Assembly: GCA_963693365.1 (NCBI GenBank)
Contig: CAVNZM010000004.1
Location: 9,886,468-9,950,467 of the forward strand
Direction: 5' to 3'
Source: Amoebidium appalachense
Taxonomy: Eukaryota; Protista; Ichthyosporea
DNA: 64,000 nt
Positions 1 through 24,367 of this stretch are shown in pieces (positions within the stretch are counted from its first letter, which is position 1; each line of letters starts with the position of its first letter). A program made the position numbers and the translations under genes. Under the pieces are notes generated by a model. The model saw only the letters and a program-made list of their open reading frames with translations. It was not told where the DNA came from and made no database searches.

Positions 1-355
1 AGGCAACAATCTATGCATGTGCTTGCCAGCATGTCGTGCGAATACTTCGTAAATTTGGACTGTAAATTTGCAGGTTCAAACATTATGAGAACTTTTGTTA
101 CTCCAGTTGAAAGGAGCCATGAGTAAAAATGTTGCAGTAAATAGGGGGTGGAAACAAGAGCGCTAGCCCTTGTCATATGCATGATGCGCCGGTGTCCGCC
201 TTTTCAGGTTGTGACTGTGCATGCATCATGCATTTATATCACTTGAACATCACTCAGACGTCTGATATTCAAAACCTCATGGATACACATAGACCCATGA
301 CTCCATGTCATGCGCGTGCCCACGCACACACACATGTCACACACACACACAAACA

Positions 356-390
<35 letters not shown>

Positions 391-394
391 CCAT

Positions 395-713
395 ACACAT
401 GCACGTGCAGCACACACACGCTCACAAACGCACGTGCGCACAAAAACTAATTTAGGTAAACCTGTAAGTGTCTGCTCAGCAGCCTATAGGTGACGCTGTG
501 TAGATTTATTTCGTGGGGTGTTCCGCAGAGTTGATTCGGCTAGGAAGAGCAGCCCACACATGCACGTGCAGCACACACACGCTCACAAACGCGCGTGCGC
601 ACAAAAACTAATTTAGGTAAACCTGTAAATGTCTGCTCAGCAGCCTATAGGTGACGCTGTGTAGATTTATTTCGTGGGGTGTTCCGCAGAGTTGATTCGG
701 CTAGGAAGAGCAG

Positions 714-716
<3 letters not shown>
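395..716. repeat. 161-bp tandem duplication (2 copies)
   Basis: ATGCACGTGCAGCACAC...AATTTAGGTAAACCTGTAA...GATTCGGCTAGGAAGAGCAGCC starts at ~399 and again at ~560; only about two substitutions seen. Confidence 0.9.
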
Positions 717-764
<48 letters not shown>

Positions 765-980
765 CTCCCTCCCTCCCTCCCTCCCTCCCCGCCCTCCGGA
801 GGGATTCTCCTGCAGCTGTTACGTGTAACTTGTCTCTCTCCCTCCCCCCCCCCTTCTTTTCCCTTCTTTTTTTTCCCCTCTCGTCCCCTTCATGTCTGAT
901 TGCCATTTGCCATGGCTGTCAGAAAAATAAAATAAAATAAAAATAAAATCATTATAGGAAATTTATCGCGGGATGTTTTT

Positions 981-993
981 AGCCAATCACAGC
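981..993 (+). promoter_or_regulatory. Extended CCAAT box (AGCCAATCACAGC) upstream of PIS
   Basis: About 210 bp upstream of the ATG at 1202. The identical 13-mer occurs reverse-complemented at 31501-31513, upstream of the C2 gene. Confidence 0.5.
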
Positions 994-1201
994 AACCTGC
1001 CAATTATGGCAGGTATTTTTGTGTCCCGCGGCCAAGCTACAAATTTGAGCGAGAACTTCTCCGTACTGTTTTATGTGTAGAAAGGTGAGAAAACGTAGTG
1101 CTACACACTTGTATGTGCTAGCTAGGCCTATTTTTTTTTTTTAACATTAACAACTGCATATTTTCTGGTGGCTCGGCGCCGCCGAAAGGACTCACGAGAA
1201 A

Positions 1202-8070
<6,869 letters not shown>

Positions 8071-8419
8071 GAACACCAACCACCTCATACAAAAGGGTGC
8101 TAATGGGCTCCTTTAACTCGTGGTTGCATGCACACATGACATTAAATAAATAGATCCTTCTTCTATCCTCTAAGCGTTTGTGGATGCAGTAATGGGTCCT
8201 AATTTAAAGGAGAACCCATCTGGTTAACGAATCGCATCCTGGCCTAAATAAGTTCATGGTGCGGAGATTTTTCCTTTATTGATGGGATCTAGAATTATAA
8301 CACAGCCTATTGAGTTTCGTACACATCTTAATGAGTTCAGTATCACTAAATTATTGTTTGATAATATCCATAATATCCCTCCATAAAGTAGTATTTTTTT
8401 TTCATGTGGTTAGGGTGTT

Positions 8420-8512
8420 ATGTACTATGAGTGTCGGAGTTGGATTCTAATGCAGTATAATACTCCATGTACTATGAGTGTCGGAGTTGGATTCTAATGC
8501 AGTATAATACTC
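8420..8512. repeat. 47-bp exact tandem duplication
   Basis: ATGTACTATGAGTGTCGGAGTTGGATTCTAATGCAGTATAATACTC at 8420 and 8467. Confidence 0.9.
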
Positions 8513-8988
8513 TTTCCTGAAACATATATGTATTTTTTCCCTTTCTCTCAATACATGTTTCGTTCGCATGTTCCACGTGTGTCAAAAGCTTCCGAACGGT
8601 TCCTATGTTAGGGATGTGCACATATATAGGTAGGCACATCTATGAACACGATGTATCTTGCATATGTCCATGGCGCACTGTGATTGTATACGAGTACACG
8701 TGTGTGTATCTGTTTACAGTGTCCGTGTGTAGGGGGTGGCAATGTGTGAAACGGGGAGCGAAGGAGCGGAAGGTTGTGTGTAGGAGCATGGGGAGGGGGG
8801 TTGTGTGCATTCTTGTGTGTAATGCATACGGTGGGTGGTTGGACGTGTGTGAATGCTGCTGTGAATGGTTGTGGTGTGTGCACAGCATGTGTGCATGTGT
8901 GTGTAGGAAGGGGGGGGGAGGGTTGTGTGCATCCGTGCCCAAAGGTGGGTGGGTATACCTGTGCCTGCACGGTGTGTGGCTCGAGGTC

Positions 8989-9019
<31 letters not shown>

Positions 9020-9131
9020 GCGTGTGCATGTGCATGTGCGTGTGCGCACACATACGCACACTGTGTGGGTGTATGTAGGAGCGTGTGTGTGGACATGTGT
9101 GCTTGACATGTGCCTCCCGCGTGCATGCCTG

Positions 9132-9218
<87 letters not shown>

Positions 9219-9675
9219 AGTGAGGCCGGGCGGGTGTTTGGTGAGTCCTGAATTCCGGGGGGAGGGGCCCAGGGGGGGGGGGGGGGGGGAGGTTGGCTTT
9301 TCCGCTGTAGCGAGAGGCCTCGGGTGTGTGTGTGTATGTGTGTGGGTGGGTGGGTGAGGGGGGAAGGGGGAGGGGGGGGGGGGGGGGGGGGGGGTAAGCA
9401 GCTGAGGGTTGGTTTGAGATGGTAGAGGGAGCGTCTAGGCTAGGGAGGGGGAGGATCGGGGGGAGGGGGGGTGAGGGGGTTGGGGAGGGAGCTAGAGCGG
9501 GGATGAGAGGGGATCATGAGCCCGGCCATTGTTGTCACACCTCCGTTTTGGCACTGGATGTCGATTACATCTGCTGAGAAGGGTACCGGGGAGGCACGCG
9601 GAAACGTGTGGGCAAACTCCTAAGAAAGGGTAAGAGGAAGTGGATGTTAACAGCTGGGGCCTAGGTGTGTGTCTG

Positions 9676-9735
<60 letters not shown>

Positions 9736-10080
9736 TGTGTGTGTGTGAACACACATGTGTGTGGGAGAAGGATGGGAGGAGGACAGGGGGGTCATCATGG
9801 ATTATAGACATGTTGATAATGATCGATGACGGACACGACCAAAGACGATCGAGCAAGTTCCGAATTGATGAGACGGTTTTTTTTTGTTTTTTTTTTTTTT
9901 GAGGGGGGGGGGGGGGGGGGGGGGGTTTGGGAGGTGTGAAAAAGCAACAACCAATTAGCATATGGTGACAAAGTGGTTTGAACAGTGTGTGTGTGTGTGT
10001 GTGTGTGTGTGACACTGTGTATGTGTGTATCTGTGTGTGTGTGGGAGCCTCAGGGTGTGCGTGTGCGTGTGTGTGTGTGT

Positions 10081-10111
<31 letters not shown>

Positions 10112-10639
10112 ATTGTGTGAGTGTGTGTGCAGGGGGGTGGGGGGAGGGGAGAGGGTGTCCGTGGGGGGAGGGGGGGGGGGAGAGGGGAGGACTTCGCCCA
10201 GGAGATAGATGTGCTGAAAGCCAGCAGTTGTTCCTAGCAGCAACTTTACCATACCAACCGTTGACATGTCATTGTTCAAGATCCACATCGGTCACGTGCT
10301 TTTTTTATCATGTATTCCCACTACAACGCGTTACGACCGCCTACAAAACGGTAGCAAATTGCATCATATATCACATCTGTACACTTCGTCGCATCGCGGT
10401 TCTGGATGCAGACATCCTGCGTATTTCTATCTATAGAGAAATCGATCACGGCTTGTACCATCTAGTGCTAGGTACAGTATAATTGACTATTGTATGCCAT
10501 TCCTACGATAAGTACCGCGAAATTACTGTATAATTATAACCTATATAGCACGATACAGTGTGACAAACCAGGACAAACCCTACCCCAATTCTTTAACCCA
10601 TATATATTTTCGTAACATTAACCCTCAACCGAAGCATGC

Positions 10640-12265
10640 TTAGGCAAGGACAGCGCGTGCCTCTACATTCTTCCTGTTCAGATTTGAGTGGCCTTTGCCG
10701 TACAGAAAGTAAACAACCACACCAACGACCAGCCAGATGGCCATCCGCATAATTGTTGCCGGGGTGGCAGTGGCGATAAGAAGACCAGATGTGGCAATCG
10801 CCATAATGGGAATCACATACGGACCCAAGGGAACCCTGAACTTGCGTGGTGCGTTAGGGTGCGTATGGCGCATGATAATAACACCAACAGCAACAAGTGC
10901 AAAGCAGAAAAGGGTGCCGATGGACGTCAACTCGCCGAGGACGTCAATGGGAAGGATTCCAGCGGCAACAGCGATGATGCTACCAGTAATGATGGTTGTG
11001 ACGTAGGGCGTATGGTACTTGGGGTGCACCTTGGTGGCAATCTTGGGGAAGAGACCATCCTTGGCCATGGAGTAGAACACGCGGGGCTGGGCCAGGAGCA
11101 AGACCATGAGCACAGACGTCAGACCAGCAACGGCACCCACAGCAACAAAGGTAGAGAGCCAAGGAAGGCCAACCTTCTCAGCGGCATAGGAGATAGGATG
11201 GGCAACACCAAGCTCGGTGTAGGGCACCATGCCCGTGATAACCAGGCACACAGCCATGTACAGCACGGTGCACACGGTCAGAGACCCAAGGATACCGATG
11301 GGGAGGTCACGCTGGGGGTTTTTGGCCTCCTGGCCGGCGGTGGCAACTGCGTCAAATCCGATGAAGGCAAAGAATACGGTTGTGGATGCCTGAAGCACAC
11401 CTGTGAAACCGTAGCGGCCAAAGCTGCCCTCGTTTGCCGGCATGAAGGGAGACCAATTGTCAGGGTCGACCTTGGTAGAGCCTGCAATGATAAACACAAT
11501 GATGACCACGAGCTTAATCATCACAATGCCAGTGTTGAGCCATGCAGATTGCTTGGCGCCAAAGCACAAAACGGCCGTGATGAGAAGGACAATGATGATG
11601 GCCGGCAGACAGATGTAGTTACCGGTGGTGTAGAAACTCTCGGTCTTAGAGTCCCATGCGAGGGGAGACTCTGTCCACTTGGGGTCGAGGTGCACGTGGA
11701 AGACTGTTTCCAGAAAGGACTTGAAGTATGCGTTCCAGCCCACAGCCACGGTCGCAGCACCCACGGCGTATTCGAGAATCATCGACCAACCGTTGAGCCA
11801 TGCGGCAAACTCACCCATTGTTGCGTAAACGTAAGTGAAGGCGCTGCCAGAAACAGGAATCATAGCACTCAGCTCGGCGTAGCACAGGCCTGCAAAAGCA
11901 GAAGCAAACGCGGCAATGACGAAGGAAAGCACGACGGCTGGGCCGGCGTTCTTTGCCGCTGCAGTACCAGTAATGACGAAAATACCCGTACCAATGATGC
12001 ATCCAATACCCAACATCACAAGGTCCAGGCCGCTAAGTGAACGCTGCATCTTGTTCTCTTCACCGCACTCAGCCAAGAGTGTCTCCATGGACTTGGTGGC
12101 TACAAGCTGCCTCAGGTGGGGCCGCAGCCAGCCCATGACACCGGACGAGGGCTCATCGTCGGTGGGAGAAGAAGGGGCTGTGTATGGGATTTCCGTCGAG
12201 ATGGCGTCGATTACCTGGCCGTTGGCCCCGCTCACCTCATACCCCTTCTTGTCGACTTCCGTCAT
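10640..12265 (-). CDS. APC-superfamily (cationic amino acid transporter-like) amino acid permease, intronless, ~541 aa
   Basis: Single ORF (track 10640..12517). The likely start is MTEVDKK at 12265 (AAAATG context, downstream of a TATA box). Hallmark motifs LGIGCIIGTGIFV, AGPAVVLSF, LCYAELSAMIPVSGSAFTY, FFAFIGFDAV, EAKNPQRDLP and PRVFYSMAKDGLFP, with many hydrophobic segments. Confidence 0.93.
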   Translation of the reverse strand: MTEVDKKGYEVSGANGQVIDAISTEIPYTAPSSPTDDEPSSGVMGWLRPHLRQLVATKSMETLLAECGEENKMQRSLSGLDLVMLGIGCIIGTGIFVITGTAAAKNAGPAVVLSFVIAAFASAFAGLCYAELSAMIPVSGSAFTYVYATMGEFAAWLNGWSMILEYAVGAATVAVGWNAYFKSFLETVFHVHLDPKWTESPLAWDSKTESFYTTGNYICLPAIIIVLLITAVLCFGAKQSAWLNTGIVMIKLVVIIVFIIAGSTKVDPDNWSPFMPANEGSFGRYGFTGVLQASTTVFFAFIGFDAVATAGQEAKNPQRDLPIGILGSLTVCTVLYMAVCLVITGMVPYTELGVAHPISYAAEKVGLPWLSTFVAVGAVAGLTSVLMVLLLAQPRVFYSMAKDGLFPKIATKVHPKYHTPYVTTIITGSIIAVAAGILPIDVLGELTSIGTLFCFALVAVGVIIMRHTHPNAPRKFRVPLGPYVIPIMAIATSGLLIATATPATIMRMAIWLVVGVVVYFLYGKGHSNLNRKNVEARAVLA

Positions 12266-12403
12266 TTTTGCGTAAACTGAGGCTCTGGCCTGGGATAATA
12301 GAAGCTGTGGTATACCAAACAACAGCCAACGCGTTTTTGCAGCTGAACAATGTAGCTGGCGCAGTGACTGTTGCGGATATGACAGGTTTGACTTGCCGGT
12401 CGC

Positions 12404-12490
12404 CTTTATATAGGCGTACCGGAACGCCCGGCTATGCTGATTCCCGATTGGTCGATAAACCGGCCAGAGATTGTCGCTACATGATTGGAT
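12404..12490 (-). promoter_or_regulatory. Putative core promoter of the permease: TATA box plus two CCAAT boxes
   Basis: Plus-strand TTTATATA at ~12405-12412 reads TATATAAA on the minus strand, ~140 bp upstream of the ATG at 12265. GATTGG (CCAATC on minus) occurs at ~12447 and ~12483. Confidence 0.55.
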
Positions 12491-13404
12491 GGATACTAAC
12501 GTGCTGGAGATGGGCAAATCGTCGACAACTCACCGCCGGGCGGCCGGGCCACCCCGGTCCCGACGACACCCGTGGGAAATCATTGAATGGTTAGAATTCA
12601 TGTACACACATAACATAAGCTACGCGCACCTAATTGAATTGCCCAAATGTAAGAATATTCAATGGAAAGCATGAATTCTTTTGTTTTGGCGGTATTAACT
12701 ACTTGAAAGCTTGAGTGCCACACACACACATACAGGGACCGGATTTCTATATGGGACATAAACTTTCAGTATGCAGATCTAGATATGATGCATACTGCGC
12801 GAATTAGCTCCAGCCTGGCATGGTCAACAGAACTTATGAACAAGGCTAGTGTTGTTTTTGCTTTGAATAAACAAACATAACGGCCATACTATGTTAGTTA
12901 TCTTTTGCAGCTGAGTTTAGCCCATTTTTTGGCCAACCTGATTAGTGATTCATCATGCACGCTCGACGTGGGTCACGGGAACATCCTTTTTTGCCGCGCT
13001 CGTGTCCCATCTGAGTGGTTGAATTCAACGAATCGGAATTCAGGGAAAAAACGGACAGACCCAGGGATCCAAATTCCCAAAAACAGTTTGGGAATTTCCC
13101 AAACTTTTTTTGCGGATTCCCAAAGAACCTTCGGGGAATAGGGGTGCCCATTGGGGGGGGGGGGGGGAGGGGGGGGGGGGGGGGGAAGGGGAGAGGGAAA
13201 TGGGAGGCCTGGGGAGAGAGAGAGAGAGAGAGAGAGAGTGTGTGTGTGTGTGTGGGGGGGGGGGGTAGAGGAGGGGGACTCGAGTGGAGAAGTGGACTGT
13301 GGGTGGATATTGGTGCCCAGGGCCGGGGGGAGGGGAGGAATACGTAGTCACGATAGTATATAGGGGCCGGGGGCCCGGGGGCCGGGGCCCCGGGGCCGGG
13401 GGGG

Positions 13405-13445
<41 letters not shown>

Positions 13446-14217
13446 TTGGGGCTGGTGAGTGGCCATTACAGCAGGTCACTGGGGCGGAGGGGCGGGGAGG
13501 GCCGTATCTGTTTATGTTTCTGTGCACGCCCGGGATTTTCCCAAACGCTTTCCCAAAGTTTTTTTGGCGAATCCCAATTTAGTTGGACCCTACCCCAAAG
13601 TTTCAAAAACAGAATTCAAACCCTGGGAAGACCTTCCTAATTTGGATGATTGAGCCACCGGCTGTTTCTTATTGGTCGACAGCAGCTCCGAATTCCACCA
13701 AAACTATTTTCCTCCTCACAACGTCAGCTGTTGAGTCAGCCACACTCACCCGTATATTATATCCACGTTAAACTTTCTCTTGGTTCTTTCTTTTCATTTC
13801 ATTTGATTTTAAAAGATTTCACATGAAAATTACCTAAGGAATAAAGAAAAGAGTGTAAGTTAAGAAAAATTCCGCACGCGCACGTCGTATGCATTCGTGA
13901 TGATGAGTGAATCTGCGGGACATATGCCGCAGCATAAATATATTGCGGTGACAACCTGCGACTGCGAGTTGTTGTGAGTCAACTTGTGACACTCCTGCAC
14001 CCTTCAATAAAACCCACAAGCAAATACATATGGGCATATCCATTGCCAACGTGTACCTACAACATTATTAGGTATCATGAATCGCGAGGGACATACACAG
14101 ACCATATCATTCAGTAAACAATCTTAGCACATACTATTAGACATCACTATGTACATTACCGAGATACGTGTGTGGCACGTGCACCGCCGGACTGGAAAAT
14201 GCGGCTTTCTGCTTTAA

Positions 14218-14508
14218 AGGGGGCTTCTTTTAGCTTTTCGGGTCGGGTCGGGTCAGAGGGGTTTCTAGCTATATGATTGGCGTGTTGCGCATCAGTTGCG
14301 CACCATCGTTTGGCCGGCAGCAAGGTACAGATGCGCCATAATACAACAAAAAAGAAAAGAAAGGAAAAAAAAGAAATACAGAATGGAATAATAATAATAA
14401 AGCGTTAGAAAAAAATTGCATTTAATATCATGATTTATATGCTGAACAAATGGCTTGACCCGGATGTGCTGGAATGGGTGCAATTAATCGTCCTAAAAGA
14501 AACCCCCT
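14218..14508. mobile_element. Non-autonomous TIR element (MITE) with TTAA flanks, Kolobok-like termini
   Basis: TTAA (14214-14217), then AGGGGGCTTCTTTTAG ... CTAAAAGAAACCCCCT, then TTAA (14509-14512). 16-bp TIRs with one mismatch; 291 bp; no coding capacity evident. Confidence 0.7.
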
Positions 14509-15251
14509 TTAAGGCTTTCTGAGAAAGCCGCATTCAAACACTGACTGGTATGTTTTCCGCTACACCGTATTTCACGACCATTTTATGATATGTATTTCAA
14601 CTCACCCCACTAGAAGAGTATTGTGTTTGTGGTCATTTATTGTGCCACGCTCCTGAGATCTGAGGTTCGTGCACGTGTACCCATGTGGACGATAAATTGC
14701 CTCTTTCGCTCATTCCAAAGGGCTCAACCAAATCAGTCGACTGTCTGACTGCCTGACGTCGCCGAACTGACTTGAGTCTGCATATGTCTGCAGCGCGCGG
14801 TCACGGGCTGATTTCTCAGGGCTTGTGCATCTAAGTGGCCATAAGCAAGCTGTGACAGGTGTGCCATCTCACACGCAGTCGTTATTATTATTATATGGCT
14901 GTGTACGTGACATAGATTCGTATGCAACAGAGCCCATTCCGCTCACACGGCACAGCTGGCTCAGACTCGGGATGTGCACATTATCCGGGATACTATTAGG
15001 GGCTTGGGAAGGATCCTGATATCGATGTCGGCTCCGGATTGCTGCGGGGGGCAAGTCGGTCAGCCCCGTACGGAGGCTCAGCTTGGAGGATGAGGGAGGA
15101 GGGTTGATGGAAGAAGGGGTGAGGGGATGCTTGTTGAGATTCAAATTACAGTTGAGGGGGTCCTAGGGGATTGTGTGACACCGGTACCGTGTGACACCGT
15201 CAGTACAGAGTGTCACAGACACGCAATACACACGCACACACAACGTGTGCG

Positions 15252-15323
<72 letters not shown>

Positions 15324-15829
15324 GCACGCACACGCACATGCACACGCACACAAGCACACGCACGGGCACACACGTGTACTCGTACAAGCACACACACTCG
15401 CACATGCACAAACACACATGCACACGCACTGACACACAAGCACACGCACGCACGCGCGCACACACATGTACACACCCACACCCGTACATTGCACACACAC
15501 ACATGCACACCGTGGCACACATACACGATTACCGTACACACTGCACATAGACACGCAGACACACACGCGCACGGACACACAGGCACACAGGCACACATGT
15601 AGGCAAGGATAGGCCGGTATGCACAAGGACCGGCGGACGCACACGCAAACGAACACACAGACACGCACAAGCACTGACACACACGCACCTGCACCCGCAC
15701 CCGCCCATTCACACAGTGTGACCGACACATACGCACACAAGCACGTGCACATAGACAAACACACAGTGTCACGTAGAAACACAGACACGCACACGCACAG
15801 CACACACACACACACGCACGCGTGCACCC

Positions 15830-15867
<38 letters not shown>

Positions 15868-15868
15868 C

Positions 15869-15910
<42 letters not shown>

Positions 15911-16470
15911 GCACAACGACAACGAGGCACTCGGAGTCCCACCGCAACTGTACAGCCACCACAGCAGGCCACGAACTACAACGACCTGCCATGCACCCCC
16001 CCCCCCCCCCCCCCCCCCCGGAGCCCCCCCCCCCCCCCCCCCCCTCCCACCCCCCTATCCCCCCCTCCCACTTCTCCTTTCAACCATTCACCTTCTCCCT
16101 CTTTTGCCATCCACCCCTCCTCTCTGTCCCTAGATGCCACGGCTCACAGTGCCCTCGACTCAGCTGTAGTGGTCTGCTTCTTGTACCCGACTCTTCCCGC
16201 TTTCTTTCTGAATAGGTGCCCATCTGCTTTGAGACTTTCCCTACATCTTCTCTGACAGTCCGAACTGTTTTGCTTCCCTGCTCATGCACATACGTTTTAT
16301 CGAATAATTAACTTACGGAAGTGAGCTGATTAACCACTGAAAGGCAGCGGTGCTAATAATGACCTTATTAATAAGGTTGATATCTGTAAGTTAACTCCGG
16401 GATTGTTTGTACTTCTAAATATTCCTGCCTAACCCTTCCTCCCCTCCCCTTCCCCCCCCCCCCCCCAAAA

Positions 16471-16806
<336 letters not shown>

Positions 16807-16939
16807 AAGCTGAAATTTCGGTGTCTCGTACCTGCATAGTTTGGTCTTACTTCCGTAGTAAGTTGATTTTTGAATTGCTCGCCGGTACTTCAAATTCACC
16901 CCCCCCCCCCCCCCCCCCTCACCACACCCGCCCCTCCCC

Positions 16940-16970
<31 letters not shown>

Positions 16971-17090
16971 AAAAAAAAAAAAAAAAAAACGGAGCCCCGT
17001 ACCGTGCATAGACAGTTGCTGCATCGTCATTCTATTGTTGACTTCACTCCACATTCAATTCTTGGCAAGCACATTTGACACACTTACACA

Positions 17091-17135
<45 letters not shown>

Positions 17136-17142
17136 ACACACC

Positions 17143-17175
<33 letters not shown>

Positions 17176-17192
17176 GGGGAGGGAGAGACAGA

Positions 17193-17253
<61 letters not shown>

Positions 17254-17277
17254 TCGGGAGAGAGAGAGAAAAAGCCT

Positions 17278-17323
<46 letters not shown>

Positions 17324-18031
17324 GAGAGAGGGTGAGAGAGGGAGAACCTGACACGCAGGGGCACACAAACACACGTGAAAGTATGAACGCAGCGTCATGC
17401 ACACACAGCCGTGGGCGCACTCTCACGCCATGTACGTAGGCACACCACACAAACACATAATCTGATAATGCCAAAACTGGTGCCCAAGAACGAAAAAACT
17501 CTAAGTGTGATCCTGAGCTTAACGGCGCGGCTTAACGGCACGACTAGTGGGGGGACAAGGAGGAGGGGGAAATGCGGAGAGATTAGAGTGTTATGACGAT
17601 GTGAGGGGCAGGTCGGAAACGGGGGGGGGGGGAGGGGGGGGGGGTAGGTGGTTGTTGAGTTCAGAACTAATCTAAATTTGTATCGAGAGGAGGGCGATGG
17701 GTGATGTTGGGTGTGTCTCTATTCATGTTTGAGTCTGAGTGTGTCACATTTAACATCTGTCACGGGGTGGATGCACACACGTTGTGTTTGTCAGCATATA
17801 TGTATAGTATGGGTCAACGTTTAGTGAATCATGACGTGACTTGTCACAGCGCCTGTGCATGGATATTCAGCGGCGACTAGCTAGCGACTGAAGTAAGATT
17901 CACTGATGCAGAGAGAGAGAGAGAGAGAGTGTGTGTGTGTGTGTGTGCGTGCGTGTGTGTGCGTGTGTAGGTGTGTGTGCGTGTGTGCGCGCGCGCGCGT
18001 GTGTGTGTGTGTGTGTACTGCGCGCGCAGTT

Positions 18032-18118
<87 letters not shown>

Positions 18119-18254
18119 TGTTTAACTGGTTTGTGTTTGTGCGTGCATGCAGGCGTGCGTGCGTGTAATACGGTGTGTGCATATGCGTGGACCTTATGCG
18201 CGCGTGTGCGTGCGTAAATATAATAAGGATGGTTTTGAAGTGTTTGTGTGTGTG

Positions 18255-18348
<94 letters not shown>

Positions 18349-19543
18349 GTGTGTGTGTGTGTGCGCGCGCGCGCGTGAGTGTGTGTACGTTTGTGTGACA
18401 ATGTGAATGTGTCGGTGTACGTGGGTGTGTCCGCGTGTGTGTGTACAAGTCTTTGTGGACGTCGGAGCCGTGTGTGCGCATGTGTGCTTGCATCTGTGCA
18501 TGCGTGCGCGTGAGAAAGAAAGAGAATGTGTGTGTGTTTGTGTGTGTGTATGTATGCGTGTGTGTGTGTTGTGTGTGTGCGTGTGCGTGTGTCCTCAGGC
18601 TGAGCCAGGCGTGTGCGTGTGTGTTGACGGCTTGTTTGTGCGTGCGTGTGCGTGCCTAAGTATGTGCGTGTGTGTGCGTGTGCGTGCGTGTACGACACTG
18701 TGTGGGTGTGTGTGCGCGTGTATTTGTGTTGTTTGTGTGTGTCTTGTGTCACCTGTAGGCCATTCACCTTGAAGTCTGGGCTCAGAAGTTCAGTGTCACT
18801 GGCGCGCTATTATCTGATTATTGGCGCTGTAAGTGTAACAGTGCGTACACTGTCAACAAACAATAGAATTACACCTTTTCATTGCATCTCAGAGCATCAA
18901 CCAGGCAATCCCTCTGGCCAATCACAACGCGCTTCGAATTTTATTGCTATCATAAATCCAATCAACAGGCTTTGAAAGGCCGGAAAGAAATTTTGGTAAT
19001 TTGCTTTTTTGGGACTGCGCTGATGATTAGTCAAAATAAAACCAATTTAACCTTTTCAAGTTATTTTAGAATATTCATGCTTTTTACTCGCAAACTATTG
19101 CGTCAAGATCACGCATCAACTTAGATCATAATCTAGTTTGCACGTTAAAACTACCACGCCGGCGCAGTTTTAGTTTATGTAGAGATGGTTTACACCGTTA
19201 CTCTCACGGTTATTTGCCTATGTTTGTCGAGTTTTCTGCACTTAGTAGCCTGCCATGCAAGGTTTCAAAAAAGATAGATGCATCAGCAAAATAGGCTTGA
19301 TACAATCCAAAGGGTTAAGATCTTTTTCAAACGGTTACTGTACTGCAGAGGATCCAACACAGTTCAACAGCTAATGCATGTTCTTCCCCAGCAAAGTGTC
19401 TGAAAAAGTGCACACGGACGCACACACACAAAAGACTTGTCGAACCTTCTTCACAAACAACCTCCCATAATCTTGCCAGCGTTTATTATCAATTGTTTCT
19501 CCTCGACCCTTTCCCCATTCACTTATCATAGCGCAACTACAAA

Positions 19544-24367
<4,824 letters not shown>

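Noticed and set aside
8104-8218. Imperfect inverted repeat TGGGCTCCTTTAA ... TTAAAGGAGAACCCA after the PIS stop
   Set aside because: Short and gapped, facing the wrong way for a TTAA-flanked element, with no TSD.
10688-12040. 450-aa + strand ORF overlapping the permease
   Set aside because: Antisense shadow of a codon-biased gene; no recognisable motifs.
12266-12517. 84-aa N-terminal extension of the permease ORF
   Set aside because: It runs through the TATA/CCAAT promoter elements and lacks transporter character; the ATG at 12265 fits better.
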